The notes under the pieces are model-generated. The model ran no database searches, had not been told where the DNA came from, and saw nothing but the letters and a program-made list of their open reading frames with translations. Source: Camelus ferus (lineage: Eukaryota). Taken from it: a stretch of 64,000 nt of DNA. Below, piece by piece: positions 12,401-26,060 of this stretch; position 1 is the stretch's first letter, and every line of letters starts with the position of its first letter. The DNA is taken from NCBI RefSeq assembly GCF_009834535.1, contig NC_045697.1, positions 65,598,001 to 65,662,000 of the forward strand, read 5' to 3'. The position numbers and the translations under genes are program-made.

Positions 12401-15232
12401 TATTAGGATTCTTTCTTAACATCATTTTGAAATTTGTTGATCCTCAGGGAAATTCATGGGCATTAGTCAAGTCCTTTCTGTATTTTCAATGATACAGGAA
12501 CATAAAAATCCACTAGTTCTACTGTTGAAGTTTATCAGATTATTTGAGGATATTGTTCTAACATGAATTTTATAATTAGCTGACAATCACTGGTAAACTT
12601 AATGAATTTAGGATAATTTCATATTTGTTCATATTGTCCTATCTAAATAAATATTGCATCTATTTCATGGTATATAAGAAAGAAACTGCACAGGAAATTG
12701 CAGAGCAATTGAATTCACAGACTACTGGGTCTTTTACGATGGATTCTCGCTTGATTAGTGTATGTATCTATATCTATACATACATACATAGATCATGAAA
12801 GACTGTTTTAACTAATAAGCCTCTTAAAATAGAGAACAGGTCATAAATGATCATTCTGTCAGCAGGTGGGAAAATACAATGTCTGCCACATATCAGGATT
12901 CATGACATGACAGAATTAGTTCCAAGTAGTAATGTGGATTGTCAACAAGTCAAGCAAGACAATCGGATTTCAGATGACTATTTTCTTATATTTATATAAC
13001 ATTGTTATTTTGGAGAGAGTTTATCAATCATCTTTATTAATATGCGTCACAGCAGCAAGGACAGAGTGTTTCCACCTTCCTCTGGGTTCTCTAAAATGAC
13101 CTATCATATCTGCAAGTCTGAATCAAATTCTGAATGTGTGTGGGAAATGCAGGTTTCTCCAAGTGCAGGAGGATGTCCCCTGCATAGTCCATGACATCCA
13201 TCTTTCTCAAGTGCATCTATTTTATAAAAATTCAGTATTACCTGTGACCATCCTATCTATACTATGTGGCAGGTAGGGCTGCCCCTGACTACTTTCGAGG
13301 GGGTGAATATATTCCTAAATCTCTCAGGAAAGACTTGAAAGTCACCTTCTGGGCTGTGATCCAGCATGCCTATCAATCCACCATGTAGGGACAGTGTTTG
13401 GAAGAGAGCAGTGTCCTCTTCACAAGTATTGCTGCACACTTTCTAGACCAAGCACACTTGGAATCCATGGATATTTAAATAGTTCTTAAAAATAGATCAA
13501 ATGATTATTCTAAAGAAGTTCAGAGTACAAAGACCTGACGCTGTCTTTCATCTCATTTGCCCTGTTGTACCATATAAGGGCAGGTGTGAGGGCATGTGAA
13601 GGACTAAGACAGAAGCGGGGAGAGGGACAGAACAGAGGGATTGGAAAGGATGCACCGCTTAGGTTTTATTCGAGCATCCCACACGGAGCCATTCTCATCT
13701 ACCGATCTTCCTCTATAAATCCTCCATATTCTTTGGTCCTCGTATGGCCCCTCTTATAAAGCACCATCTTCTCCAGGGGGCCTCCCTGTCTTCACAAGGA
13801 ATTCTAGCCCTCTGCCCTGCCTAATATCATTCTAGCTTGTTGGCCTCAGACTTCAAGCTTCTGCTGTCCTGAGAAGGAAAAAATTCTGGCACCAGAAGAG
13901 GAAGTAAGACACAAACACTTTAGTGCTAATACTTTCTCTCCACTAGAGATAGCTGTGGCTGGGTCCCTCCTGAGTTACCTTGCCCCATAAATTATACTTG
14001 TATGCTATACAATATAATCTTCTATGAAAGAACTGTATTTCTTTCACTAATGTTACTTTGACTTTAATCTTTTTAAAATAAGAAACCTAGCACCATTGGG
14101 CTAAAGAACAGTCAACTCTTTCCTGAGCCTGCTTTCATCAAACAGTGGAAGCCCTCATGCACTTAAAATGACTCTCACTGAGCTCTTCAGTGTGGACTGA
14201 GACATTTGCACACCAAATTTTCTTCTGAATCAGGGAGTGTTTGAATCCTGCTTACCTCCAACCATTTACCCTTGATACCCCCTTTATTTTATCAGACTTC
14301 CTTTCCAAACAGTTTGGAAAACTTCACTGAGGAAAAGAAGCTACTGAGATTCAGTATGTGATTTCTCAAAGCACGAGTGGCCATTGGCTACACTGCAAAT
14401 GAGAAGATGGAAAGCCTTTTCATTTGCTTTTCCTGCTCTCCTATAAGTAGAGCATTCCTATTCCCAAGACTTCTTCCACTTTATGAAAATATTCAACTCT
14501 TGAAAGAAAAAAACCCTACAATTTAATTTTCTTAATAACACTCAGTATTACCAAAGGTGACTATTCTCTCTTTGTTTTGGTGCTTACCTCTTCTTCAGCT
14601 ATTAAAACCATGAATTATTTTATATTTTTAAATCATTTCAGTTAACAGAGTTAGTTGAGTAGTTTTCTTCACTGTTTCAGCTTGCTTCTGGTATTTTAGT
14701 CACTCATCAAACCAACCACTGCTTGTCGGCTATATTTCCACACTACACAGATAAGTGTTCCTCTCAGGGGTAGACGTTCCACTTTCTACTGGGTCTTCTG
14801 TCTACCGGACTCTTGTACTATAACCTCAGCTTTTCCAGATTTTTCTTTCATTCTTATTTGTTTAATTGTTCTTTTTATTTGCCTTTCCTCTGAATGTATT
14901 TATTTTACATCCATGACAAAATGTCTTGTCAAGCAATTCACTGGCGATCTGATATAAGCTTTTGCAGCTGATTTTGATACAGGGGAAATGTCCAAAGTTG
15001 TCTTTTAAAAAGTCTTTTTTTAACTACAAAATACTGCTGGCCATGATTAGTCACCCACAGAGTAGCTAGTAACATACAGTAAAAATCCCATTTTTGTGCA
15101 GTCCTAGTTTAGTGGGAATGCTGGTCTTTAGGATGAAAGCATTATTCTAGTAAAGAAGAGTCATCAAAACAAATGAGCCTCATTGATTGCTATTTTCCAC
15201 ACCCTGGGCTAGGCTCTGAGTTTGAAGGCGAA

Positions 15233-15308
15233 GATAGATAGAGGGATAGATGGATGGATGGATGGATGGATGGATAGATGGATAGATAGATAGATGGATG
15301 GATAGATG

Positions 15309-15350
<42 letters not shown>
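15233..15350. repeat. Compound (GATA)n/(GGAT)n tetranucleotide microsatellite
   Basis: Directly visible; explains the SIYL/SIHP-repeat ORF 15180-15398. Confidence 0.97.
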
Positions 15351-15439
15351 GTCAGCAGTATGTATTCTGATGAGGCAAACAAAGAAATAAAATTTCAAAA
15401 CACAATGCTAAAATTTGAACATATTCTAAGTGTTAGAAG

Positions 15440-15950
15440 AGCCCTGAAGAGGCAGCTGAGTTTAAGCTTGAAGGGAAGAAATTCACCAGAAAGACAAGGA
15501 AAGATCTTATGCTGAGAAAACTCCTACCACGCGAGGAATGATGAAGTGGTATGTTTGCCCTATAATGTGAATACAGTGAAGAAAATGGTTATTTTTGAAG
15601 ATGGTAAAAAAAAAAAAAGTTTTTAGGGCAAATTTTTGAAGGATCTTGAATGCTATGGAGTTTGAGTCATTTTCTAAGGGTGGTGGAGTATAGAGGAAGT
15701 ATTTAAATAAGGCAAGAACAGAATGAGATTTGCACATCAGAAACAGCACTTTAGCTGTGGTGGGGAGGGTGGATTAGATGTAGGTTGGAGTAGAGACGGG
15801 GAAAAAATTTAGAAATAATCTTCTAGGTAGAAATGATGAGGGTATTAGCAATGGAAAGGCAAAGGTAGTGACAGATTTGCAAGATGTAGGAGGTAAAATG
15901 TGTACAACTTGATGAGAGATGAAATGGGCTCGGGGAGTTAGAGAGAAAGG
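15440..15950 (-). mobile_element. L2 fragment
   Basis: ggagtttgagtcattttctaag, agatttgcacatcagaaacagcactttagctg, ggaggtaaaat: L2 antisense motifs. Confidence 0.7.
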
Positions 15951-16049
15951 CCACAGGTGAGAAAGGGGTTAGCTAAGAATGAATCTAACTGGTAGGACAA
16001 ATAAAAAGATGGCAAGTCTAGAAATTATATTAGAAAACAAAGTAACAAC

Positions 16050-16260
16050 AATAACAGTAATAAGTTAATGATTGCAACTACCAGTAATTGAGCACTTAAA
16101 CAGTAAGTGTCATATTAAAATCTTCTTCAAACCTCCAGATACCTTATTATAAAATTATCATTTCCCCTGTATAATAGGGAAAGGAATTGCAGTTTGGAGA
16201 AGTTTAAATAATTTGTTCAAGAACTGAAACTCAGATCTTTACATCTTCAAAACTCATGTT
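16050..16260 (-). mobile_element. MIR SINE
   Basis: aattgagcactt...attatcatttcccct...ggagaagtttaaataatttgttcaag. Confidence 0.55.
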
Positions 16261-17449
16261 TTTAGAAACGAAGGGTTGTCCCAGTGCATAACTGTTGGGA
16301 GCACCTCTGCGTGGTAGGCCTGCCTCACCTGACCACCTCAATCCATTGTCCAACACTTTTTTCTGCTTCTTGGATCTCAGTGACACTAATGCTCACTCTG
16401 CTGGCCCTCTATTATGGTACATAGTTGGTTTTTTAAGTGTCAAATTTTGAAGCACTTTTTGTGCTTGGAAAACCTGTCTCTGTGCCCTGCCCAGGACAAC
16501 TCTCAGCTACTGCAACCAGTGAACTGCAGTGGGCACCAGGCAGTCTCTGTATGTAGTTGCTAATGGGCCCTTGGAGCCCCAGCAGTATCTGCTCTTTGGC
16601 AGTTGCTGAAATTGGCATCCAGAGAAGGAAATTGGGGAGAGGTTATGGGGGTAAAACATGAACTGAGTTGGAGGACACTTTTAATATACCCCTATGTGTC
16701 TGTCTCTCTCTCACTGTCAGCCCCTTTGGCTGAAGCACGCAACGCCTATCCTATCAACCATGTTCCATTTTTTCCCCCTGAAGAAAAATCCTTCTAATGT
16801 GATAACTTGAGTTGACGTGTTCTATTCCATTAAAAATGGGATTCGAGTTAACATTCCCCAGAGCTAGAGCTTGCAGCTCACTCTTGTCATTTGTTGGTGT
16901 GCATTCCACACCACCGGGCTCAAATGTTAAAAGAGAGAAAGAGGGAGGGAGGGAAGACGGAAGGAAGGGAGGGAGATGCACGGAGAAGAAAGGTTTATGA
17001 TAGTTTTATTTTAAAGTTTGTATAGGTAAGAGCTATTCTCTTATTAAAGGAAAACAGGTAAAAGTATGAATGAAAGTTCACTGCAGAGGGGATAGGAATT
17101 AGATTTTTAACTACTTGATAGCTTTAGAAATGTAAGTAGCAACACATTCATTATAACACAGTATCATTAACAAAGTCATATAAGTGTCCCAAAGAATTTG
17201 CTGTGAAGAAAGTTATGACCATTTAGTATCAAAGTTTCATACATTCTTATACTTAGAAAGGACATGAGACATTAATTCAACTCCAATTCATGAATTTCCT
17301 CTTTAACAGAATAAAAGGTAATCCTGCCATACGCCAAAAAAAAAAAAAAAATCCATTGGAAATCATTAAATAGGACATTATGAGGAGAGGAATCATTGTA
17401 ATAATAATCTTTATATAAGGACAATAGATAACTTGATCAAATGCTGATG

Positions 17450-17600
17450 TGACAGGTCCTCTAATCATCACTCTTTGGGGAGGGCACTGTTACTCTATCC
17501 ACTTATGGATGAGGAAAGATACATTAACAGGGATGCCTAACATCATACAGCTCACAAATAATAGACCTGCTTGACTTTAAAATCTAACCTAATATCAAAG
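17450..17600 (-). mobile_element. MIR fragment
   Basis: tatccacttatggatgaggaaa...catacagct. Confidence 0.45.
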
Positions 17601-20472
17601 CTGTGCTATCAGATACAGCTAATATCAGACTATCACATGTATCAGAATTAATTTTCAATGCCTGAAGGGTTGTAAGTTTATTCTTCTCATGGAAAGAGTT
17701 TGTAATCAGCCTAGATCCACCCAAATTCCTAAAATTTCCTTCCACAGAAGTACCCTTAATCATACAGTTTCTCAGTGTATGTAATGTTCATGTAAGTAAA
17801 TATCACTTACCTATCAGACAGTGTTGTTTAGTACCTGTGGGTTGCTAGTCATATGGGACCCTGGTACAAGAAACAGAAGAAGAATCTCAGTAAGATGTCG
17901 AGAAAATAAGGCTGATTAGAGTGGCAAAGCATTTGCTTTCTTTTATCATTCACCACTTACAGCTATAGACACTCATTTTTTACTCTGTGTGCATGAATTG
18001 GGTTTGGGGTTGGGAAGGGACGGCTCAGGTGTTTGAGATGCGCAGAGTGATCATTTGCTGAGTTTCCTGTAAGTGTATGTTGGTTTTGTATGGGTAGGTA
18101 AGAAACCGAATATATTAGTGTGTATGAGTATATTCACAGCTAACTCTTTTCTAGAATGCTCTAGGTTTCCCGTTTTTTCTGAGTCTTGGGTAAACGTTGC
18201 AGATTGTTAAAAGAAATGTCAGTATTTGCCAAGGTAAACTTATGTATTAGGTGCTTATTGACTATTTTATAATTGTTTTGCATTTTACAACAATGAGTTG
18301 GCATGTCTAAATAATATCCTCTCAGATGTTGGCCTTAAGATAGAATGTCTCTGAGGATTACCACTTGTGGAATAACCTACTTGATTTCTCTTAGGGCTTA
18401 TAATATAGGCCGTAGCATTTCTGCTGATCTTGCTGTAAAATCTTATGAGCATGAAAATAGCAAAATCACTGCTTATAATAGGCACCCTCCTCTCTTTTGG
18501 GCTCCTCAAACAGCCTTCTCTTTCTGTAAAAAGCTATTTGTGCTCACTTCATTTTGCCTCATCTTGTTTTTGCCACCTTTGCTGTGCTGTCTTGGTGTAC
18601 TATAATGGAATGACACTGAATCAGACAAGCTGTAATTTTTATTGCAAGCATATCTCAAGGCAAATTTATAAGCTGAACTTGATATCAGAAATGAAGCGAG
18701 AGGGAACATGCCTTTGTTCTAAGTTACAAAACGCTCTGCTAAATTTGAAATATGTTGAAAATATACTTCCTTTTCCTGACACAAAGACTTCACATAAGCA
18801 ACATATTACGACGTGACTTTAAAATTCTTTTATGTGTACAAAGTAGTTTCACCATCTAAAAAACTACTATAATGCTGTATTCAGGTTTCAAGCTAATGTT
18901 TAAGGTGATATTATGTCACAGAAACTAGATTATATTAAAGATCCTAATACTTGATTTCAGTTTTCTTTTCATGGAAAGCTAAGAGGTAGCATTAATTTAT
19001 TTAATAGTATTTTACTAGTATGACTACTTGATCAAGCCAGTCATATATTTAGATACAGGCAGAAACATTTTTCTTCCCTAGACTATGATCTCGCCAGGTT
19101 ACAACCTTTTAAAAGTGATGATCAGTACTGATTGCCAGAACTAAGCAACAAGTGGCCAGTCCTGTCCTGGGAGGGCTTCTGATGAATCCTAGCATGGCCT
19201 TCTCCAGCCATGCACCTTCAGGTTCTAGAGAGTGCAAGCTCTGTACATCTGCCTAAACTTGCCCCTCATATTTGTAGACATTGAGCCCATGAGGCCCATC
19301 ATAACCTGTATGGATATGTTTCTTTTCCTTCTCCTGTGTTACCAGTTTAGAGCATCACTAAACAGTGGGGAATATGTTAAAATGTTAATGTTTTGAATAT
19401 AGTTTTACTTCTACTACTGGAAACAGTAGTAAATAAGAAACAAATTCCTCTTTTGAAACAAAATTCTTATAGCTATACTACTACCAAGATAATTATGGTA
19501 TGTCCCGGGAGCCAATGCCCTGTCACTCTGCTAGTAGGTTGTACAGTAGCCCCATGTAGCTAACATTTATTCCTGCCTCTGCCCTCAATTATTCACGTAT
19601 ACTGTCACTTTATCTTTTACGAATGGTAGAATTAGCTCAACAGTTGTAGAATATTCCAGAAAATTCTTCCCTTCAAATAGTAAATTTTAAGTGTATCACT
19701 TTATGCAGCAGAAGTGTAGAGCAAAAAGAAATTATCACAGTATCACTCATTTCCATATAATATGTAGTATACATCAAGCACATAAAACTCAGCAAAATGT
19801 AGATTAAATTTTGCTGAGAGTTACCATTAGGAATTGGCACAAATAGTCCTCTAACAAATACGGCTCATAATGTATCGTTTACAACAGTTTTGCACATGAT
19901 GGAAACTGGTGACCTGCAAGAATATTCCCAATACACTTGCCCAATGCTAGTGCTAGTTGCAAAGACCCCCAGGAAATCATCAGCAAACGCCATCTGGAAA
20001 CAGATCAAAAGGTCAGAGGTCTCCTAACATGAGATTCATGGCCCATGGTTATGGAGGGCTGGTAGGTATTTATTCTTGTTCAAAATATGCTATGGTGTTT
20101 CAAAGCATCTGCTCCCATTCTCAGAGGTTAGTGAGTTTGAAATGTGCCAGCATCTAATTTTGAATAGTATGCCAAAAATACGTATTTGTTCTTAAATGCC
20201 AGTCATTAGAGTTGAGCTCCTACACAAATTCAGTGAGTTCTGGTGAAGAAGTGATTGGTTCTCCAAGTTAGAAAGTATAGAGTGACTCAGAAATTCAAAT
20301 ATAAGGAGACTGACCACCAATTTAGAGACGAATAACCTGGGACAAGTAGATATCATCTGTAACTCAAAGATTGATTTGAAAATCCCAGAGCATTGTTCTG
20401 TAAAAGAGAAAACTGAAAACATATTCAGCTTTCCAGAAGAATGAAATTTATTCTGTTTGAATCCAAATGGAA

Positions 20473-20514
20473 GTCTCTCTCTCTCCCTCTCTCTCTCTCT
20501 CTCACACACACACA
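20473..20514. repeat. (CT)n(CA)n compound microsatellite
   Basis: Directly visible. Confidence 0.9.
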
Positions 20515-20579
20515 GATAGACACAAGACACTTAAAGCCAATCTAGCAAAAGAAATGTAGAAATAAGAGTCAGTATCTTG

Positions 20580-20800
20580 CAGTAGAAATAATATGGTTTT
20601 TGGAGCCGGTCAGGTCTATGTTTGAATTCTGTCTCTATCCCTCACTGACTGTGCCACACTGATCTAGTCCTTTATTCTCCCTACTTAGGTTTCTTGTCTA
20701 TAAAATGGGTGAAATAGTTCTAAACATGAGGCATTGCTGGAAGGATAATGTATGCCACTTGCCTAGCAAGTATGTAATAGCCACTCAATAAGTGATGAAT
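20580..20800 (+). mobile_element. MIR SINE
   Basis: tttggagcc...gtttgaattct...ctgactgtg...gtttcttgtctataaaatggg...cactcaataagtg. Confidence 0.8.
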
Positions 20801-21236
20801 ATTACAAGTATGAATTTTTAAGTATACACCTACCCAAAACATGTTGTTTATGCAAAATGTAATTATTTTATAAAAACATTTATGACTTGCCACCTAAAAA
20901 AACATAGGCTTGAGGCTTATAACACATCAAAAATTTTAAAAAATTAAATGATTATATGATTATCTAGCAATATAATTTAATTTGTCTTTGCTTTGATGGA
21001 TTGCTAGATTTTTTTTTTTTTTTTGGCAGAGAAGTTTACCAAAAAAGCATTGTCCTATCACCAGAAATTTCCACCTTTCCTTCAACAATGATTTTTGTCT
21101 TGTCATGTTCCATGCAAGTGCCACACACCCTTATAGTATTTCTCCTTATATATTACATCTTAATATGAAGAAAGAACAAAATAAGAAAACAATTTGAGAT
21201 TTGTATTTACATGTTTTACTTTTTGCTTCCACTTGA

Positions 21237-21488
<252 letters not shown>

Positions 21489-23166
21489 TAGTTTTTCACT
21501 CAGAATCTACTGCTTTTCCCCCCATATTGGAATTGCTAACTTGAGTTTAATTTACTTCCTTCTTAAAATTTTAACTTTAACATAGAGTTTTCAGTTAAAT
21601 TATACCTTCTACCGATTTAAAGATTTTGAGGTGATGCATTGCACCAGTAGAGAGAATTCAAAGCTTTCTGCGGTGTATCTAATGGATCCTTTTCCCATGG
21701 AATTCCAAAGCTAGAAAACATGACTTGGTGTTTTGTTCAGAACAGCGTCAGGGATTTATACACATGAAGACTTGAAAAGGCTTCTAAAAATCTCATTCCA
21801 AATACTATTCAGATTATCCAGTTTTTTCAAATGACTTGGTATTTTCTACACTGCACTTGTTTTTAGATGGAAACTTTATCTTTACTTACAATTATGTGAA
21901 GTTCTCTGCGTGAAAGCTAATCTTGTCAACAAATACATTTTCTACAGATGTCTGTTTCTATTTCCAAAAGTGAAAATCTTTGTTTATATCTGATTTTTAT
22001 ATAACCATCATTTAGAAGTTATTTAAAAAAAAAAACATTTAGAAAGCAGTCTTTTGTGTAAAACACATGAGGCTAATTTTCATTCTGGGCTGTGGTTTAT
22101 AAACATGTATACAGAAGTAACTCTTTCTTCCTCGGGATCCATCAAAACCTCCATGAGAGAACTGATGATGTTTTTTTAAAATTATCCCAGTGGTTAGCAC
22201 AGTGAAAATCATCAGAATTGACGTTCAACAAGTAAGTATGGGATGAATGACTGAATGACCAGTAACAGCACCAACGGTGGCATACATCTTTTCTCCATAA
22301 CCTTTCACAGCAGAATAATTTGGATTCCAAGTCAGAGTTCCTTGTTGAAAAGGCAAACTCAATGATTCCATGTTGGAGAACGCTCTGATAACTATAAAAA
22401 ATTATTCTGCCACAGGGTCTAGCATTATTCTATGCCTTTTCATATGATATCCTTTATCTGCTACCACTATTGCTATGGTTCCCTAGAGTCAGCCTAGTAA
22501 TTTTTGCAGTAACTATATTGATACCATTATTTTAAAAAACTGATAATGCTGGCAGAAACCTCTTTCCAAGTACTAATGATGCCTTTAAATAAGTGAATGC
22601 CCTTGAAATGTTAGCAATGGCCTCTAACTCCTTTACCCTTGTTATAGTAATCCCACTTTCCTAGAGCCCAGGTATTGATCCTAAAATAGTTCTTGCTTCT
22701 GTCAAGAGGCCCATTGGTTCTTAGAAGTTCTCCATGGTATCTTCCAGTTCCTGAGGGCCTGGGAAGGGCAGTGGAGAGTGTGTGAGTGAAGGGACCTGTA
22801 TGTTGTCTGAGGGAGAGAGAAGGGTAGATTTTAGGATTTACTAGGTACTCACAGGATGTGAACGAATTTAAGCCTCAGAAAATATTATAAATGGTTTTTG
22901 GAAGAGTTACTTTCCTTCTTATTGTCTACTGTTAAAAAGAATGTTGTTTTCTCGAGGATAAGTATAAGTTGAAGTCCATGATTTGTGAAGAACTTGTGTT
23001 TACAGGGGATTGTCATGATTCATTTTTATCTGTCAAGAAGATCACTATAGCTGATGTTTGGAAATTGGTAAGAGTATGAAAAGAATGGAAATAGTGAGGC
23101 CATAAGAGACTGGTAACTTTCTGAGGTAGCCAGTCAGGTAAATAAGACCTTGTTCTATGCTTATGG

Positions 23167-23170
<4 letters not shown>

Positions 23171-23214
<44 letters not shown>
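23171..23214. repeat. Perfect (AC)22 microsatellite
   Basis: Uninterrupted AC run. Confidence 0.97.
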
Positions 23215-23216
<2 letters not shown>

Positions 23217-23754
23217 CATTACCCTTCATTCTTTATATTAATACAAACTGGTTACATTTCCTACATCCTGGTGTTTCCAAAATAATATATAAATCATAAA
23301 GATATAGGACATCAACTGCTACACCGAAGATTTAAGTAGTCATAGATGTAAGATATTCATACATATCTTCTAAGGTCTTCAGTGTTCTTTATGAAAACTT
23401 CTTTTCCAAGTTATGTACATACAGGTTCCTACATTTTCTGAGTTTTTTATTTTTTACCTTTATGTTATTTAACCATATGGAATTTAACTAGACATTTGTG
23501 TATATGTAAAAATAAACAGTAAATATCCATACTGAGACAATTCCAATCCAAGATTCTGTGAAGTAGATAGAGGTGTTTTAGACTCAGCTACTGACCATTT
23601 TGCAGCATGTGCTGAGAAATTTTACTTATTCTTTAGGCTTTCATGTTTCTTTGTCTTTAAATATGTAGCCATTCCATTGCCTTTTAACTTGGGCTAGTGT
23701 TTCTTATGCTGCTTTTAAATGTCATACTTTGTCTTAAAGAAATTATTATGAAGA

Positions 23755-24120
23755 CTGGGAAGAACTCTGGTCTTAGAAAAAAACTATCCGGTTTTCTTTC
23801 CTGGTTCTTCCAGTTCTTAGCTGTATAACTTTGAGGAAATCACTTGGTTTCTCTAAGACTCATGTACCATGTGTGAAATTATCACAATGTAAGAGTTAAA
23901 AGCCTGTGCTTTGTAGGCATACAACCTGGGTTTGAATCCAGTTCAATTTTTTAAGTAAAATGTGGAAATGTGATTAGTTGCTTTAGTTACTTAAAATCTC
24001 TGGGGCTCAGGGTTTTTATCATGATGATAAGAATTTCTATCTCATATGGTTTTTGTCATTATTTAATGATATATATATATAATGTAATATATATATATGT
24101 AGAAGCATCAATAAATAGCA
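23755..24120 (+). mobile_element. Adjacent MIR fragments with an (AT)n run
   Basis: cttagctgtataactttgaggaaatcactt; acctgggtttgaatcca; (AT)n at ~24069-24098. Confidence 0.6.
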
Positions 24121-25204
24121 TGACTGGAGTAATAAATTTATGAGATGATCCTGAAGTTTACATGAAAGAATGTGTATATATGAGTGATTTGTAATTACAA
24201 ACCTTTATGATTTGTATTTCCTAAGGTTAACCTAAAATTATGACATAGTAAAAAGATAATGCAATAAAAGAAATAGAGAACAATTTCTATTCCCTGATAG
24301 TCTGCTGATAAAAGAGGACTTAAAACTGCAAATCAAGTCCCCAAGTATTTATTATACCACATTTATTAAGTTTTCTGATTTACTAGAGGGGTAGGGAAGA
24401 ATCCTGTGATTAATTTATAATGGAAAATATCAGTGAAATTTGTCTATTGTATATATTTCTTTCAACCAAAATCAGAGACAGCTGAAAATGGATTAGACAG
24501 AGATTAGGTAGTAACAATAAAATGTTTTGGAGTTCAGTTTTCAAGGTCTTGGCCAGCTTTTATTAAAACACAAAGCCAACCAAGCAGCAAACAATAACCT
24601 TCTCCCCTGCTCCAGCTCACTGGGGGTTGATGAGATTGAGAACTGTAACACATGAAATGCGGCTCCAATTCTTCCTCTAGCAACCAGTCTGGCACATCTC
24701 ACACAGCAGCTTCCTGTTCTCTGTCATTGATTTCTAATTTGTGCAGGCAGAAAAGACCTCCAAGGTCTTTTAAGTCAATATTCCACAAAAGGCCAAACTT
24801 CTTCTCTAGCACCTTTGACAGGAGTTCATATGTATAGTAACTGCCTTCCAGGAAAGTCTGCATCACTGTGAAAACAATCCTCCTAATCCAATTGTAACTT
24901 TAAATAGATCCCATCAATGTCTCAGGCTGTGCTTGTTCTTAATTGTGTTATTAGTCTCATTAAGTTTCTCTTACTTGAAGATAGACCCTGGTCCCTTCTA
25001 ACATCTTTGTTCCGCTCATATCAAAGAAACCTGTATAAATGAGGGTTAAGTAAATGAGTTCTGATCTGCTATTCTTAGGAGACATTCACCTGTACCAAAC
25101 TAGCCTAATTAAACTAGAGTAAATGCGTTTCTGTCTTCTTCTTCCTAGGATATTTTGCATAAGTAGGAAAAAATGTGATTTGAAAAATATAACTGAGTTT
25201 TTGA

Positions 25205-26060
25205 TGCATCCATTTGACATTTATTGGGCACATTCTATGAACCAGCCAGTGTTTTGGTCACTGGAGTGAGCATAAATGAAAGCAAAATGCCTTTGTGGAC
25301 TTTACATTCTAGTAGGAGGCAGACAATAAGATAACTAAAATATGTTGTATTTCAGTAGCGTTAAGTGTTAAGGAGGAAAATGGAGTAGGAGAGAAAGAAG
25401 GGGGGTATGGAAAAGGAGATGGTCTGCTTTGTTAGATCAGCTGACCAGGGAAAGCTTCATTAAGAAAGTGACATTGGAACATGATTTGAAGGGAGGTGGG
25501 GGAGACAAAGGTGTATACCTGGGTGAAGTGTTTCCAGGCAGAGGGCCAGCCAGTGTAAAGGCCCCCAGGTGGAAGCATGCCTGGATATTCTAAGACTATG
25601 AAGGAGGCTAGCTTAGCTCCAGAAATAAAGGATACTATCAGGAGTGTAATGATGCCAGAGGGATAGAAGGCCACATGGCAGGGAAGAGGCATATGCTGTA
25701 AGGTCCTGTTACAGCATCATCCTGTGAACAAGCAGCATCAGCATCACCTAAGAGCTTGTTAGAAATGCAGATTCCTAGGCCCCCGAGCCCCTCTGAATGC
25801 AGATCTCATTCTGACAAGATTCCCAGGTGATTCATGTGCACACTAAAGTCTGAGAAGTGATCATTCAGGGCCATATAGGACATTCTAAGTGGGCTTTCAG
25901 TCCATGTAAAATATGAAACTTAGAAGTATTTTGAACAGAAGAGTAAAATGATTTAACTCATATTTTGACAAATCATATGGGTGCTGTATTGAGAAAACCT
26001 GAAGGTGACGATGTGAAGCTGGAAACCAGTTAGGAGGCCATGATGGTGACTCGGCAACAT
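25205..26060 (-). mobile_element. L2 3' portion, interrupted by MER5A
   Basis: gacatttattgggcaca...gccagtgttttgg; agggaaagcttcattaagaaagtgacatt; tttccaggcagaggg; accagttaggaggc. Confidence 0.85.
25705..25860. mobile_element. MER5A (hAT-Charlie MITE)
   Basis: gcagcatcagcatcacctaagagcttgttagaaatgcagattc...acaagattcccaggtgattcatgtgcacactaaagtctgagaag. Confidence 0.88.

Noticed and set aside
19788..19818. 11-bp perfect hairpin ctcagcaaaat-N9-attttgctgag
   Set aside because: A stem this long is plausible by chance in 64 kb of AT-rich DNA and is too short for a pre-miRNA.
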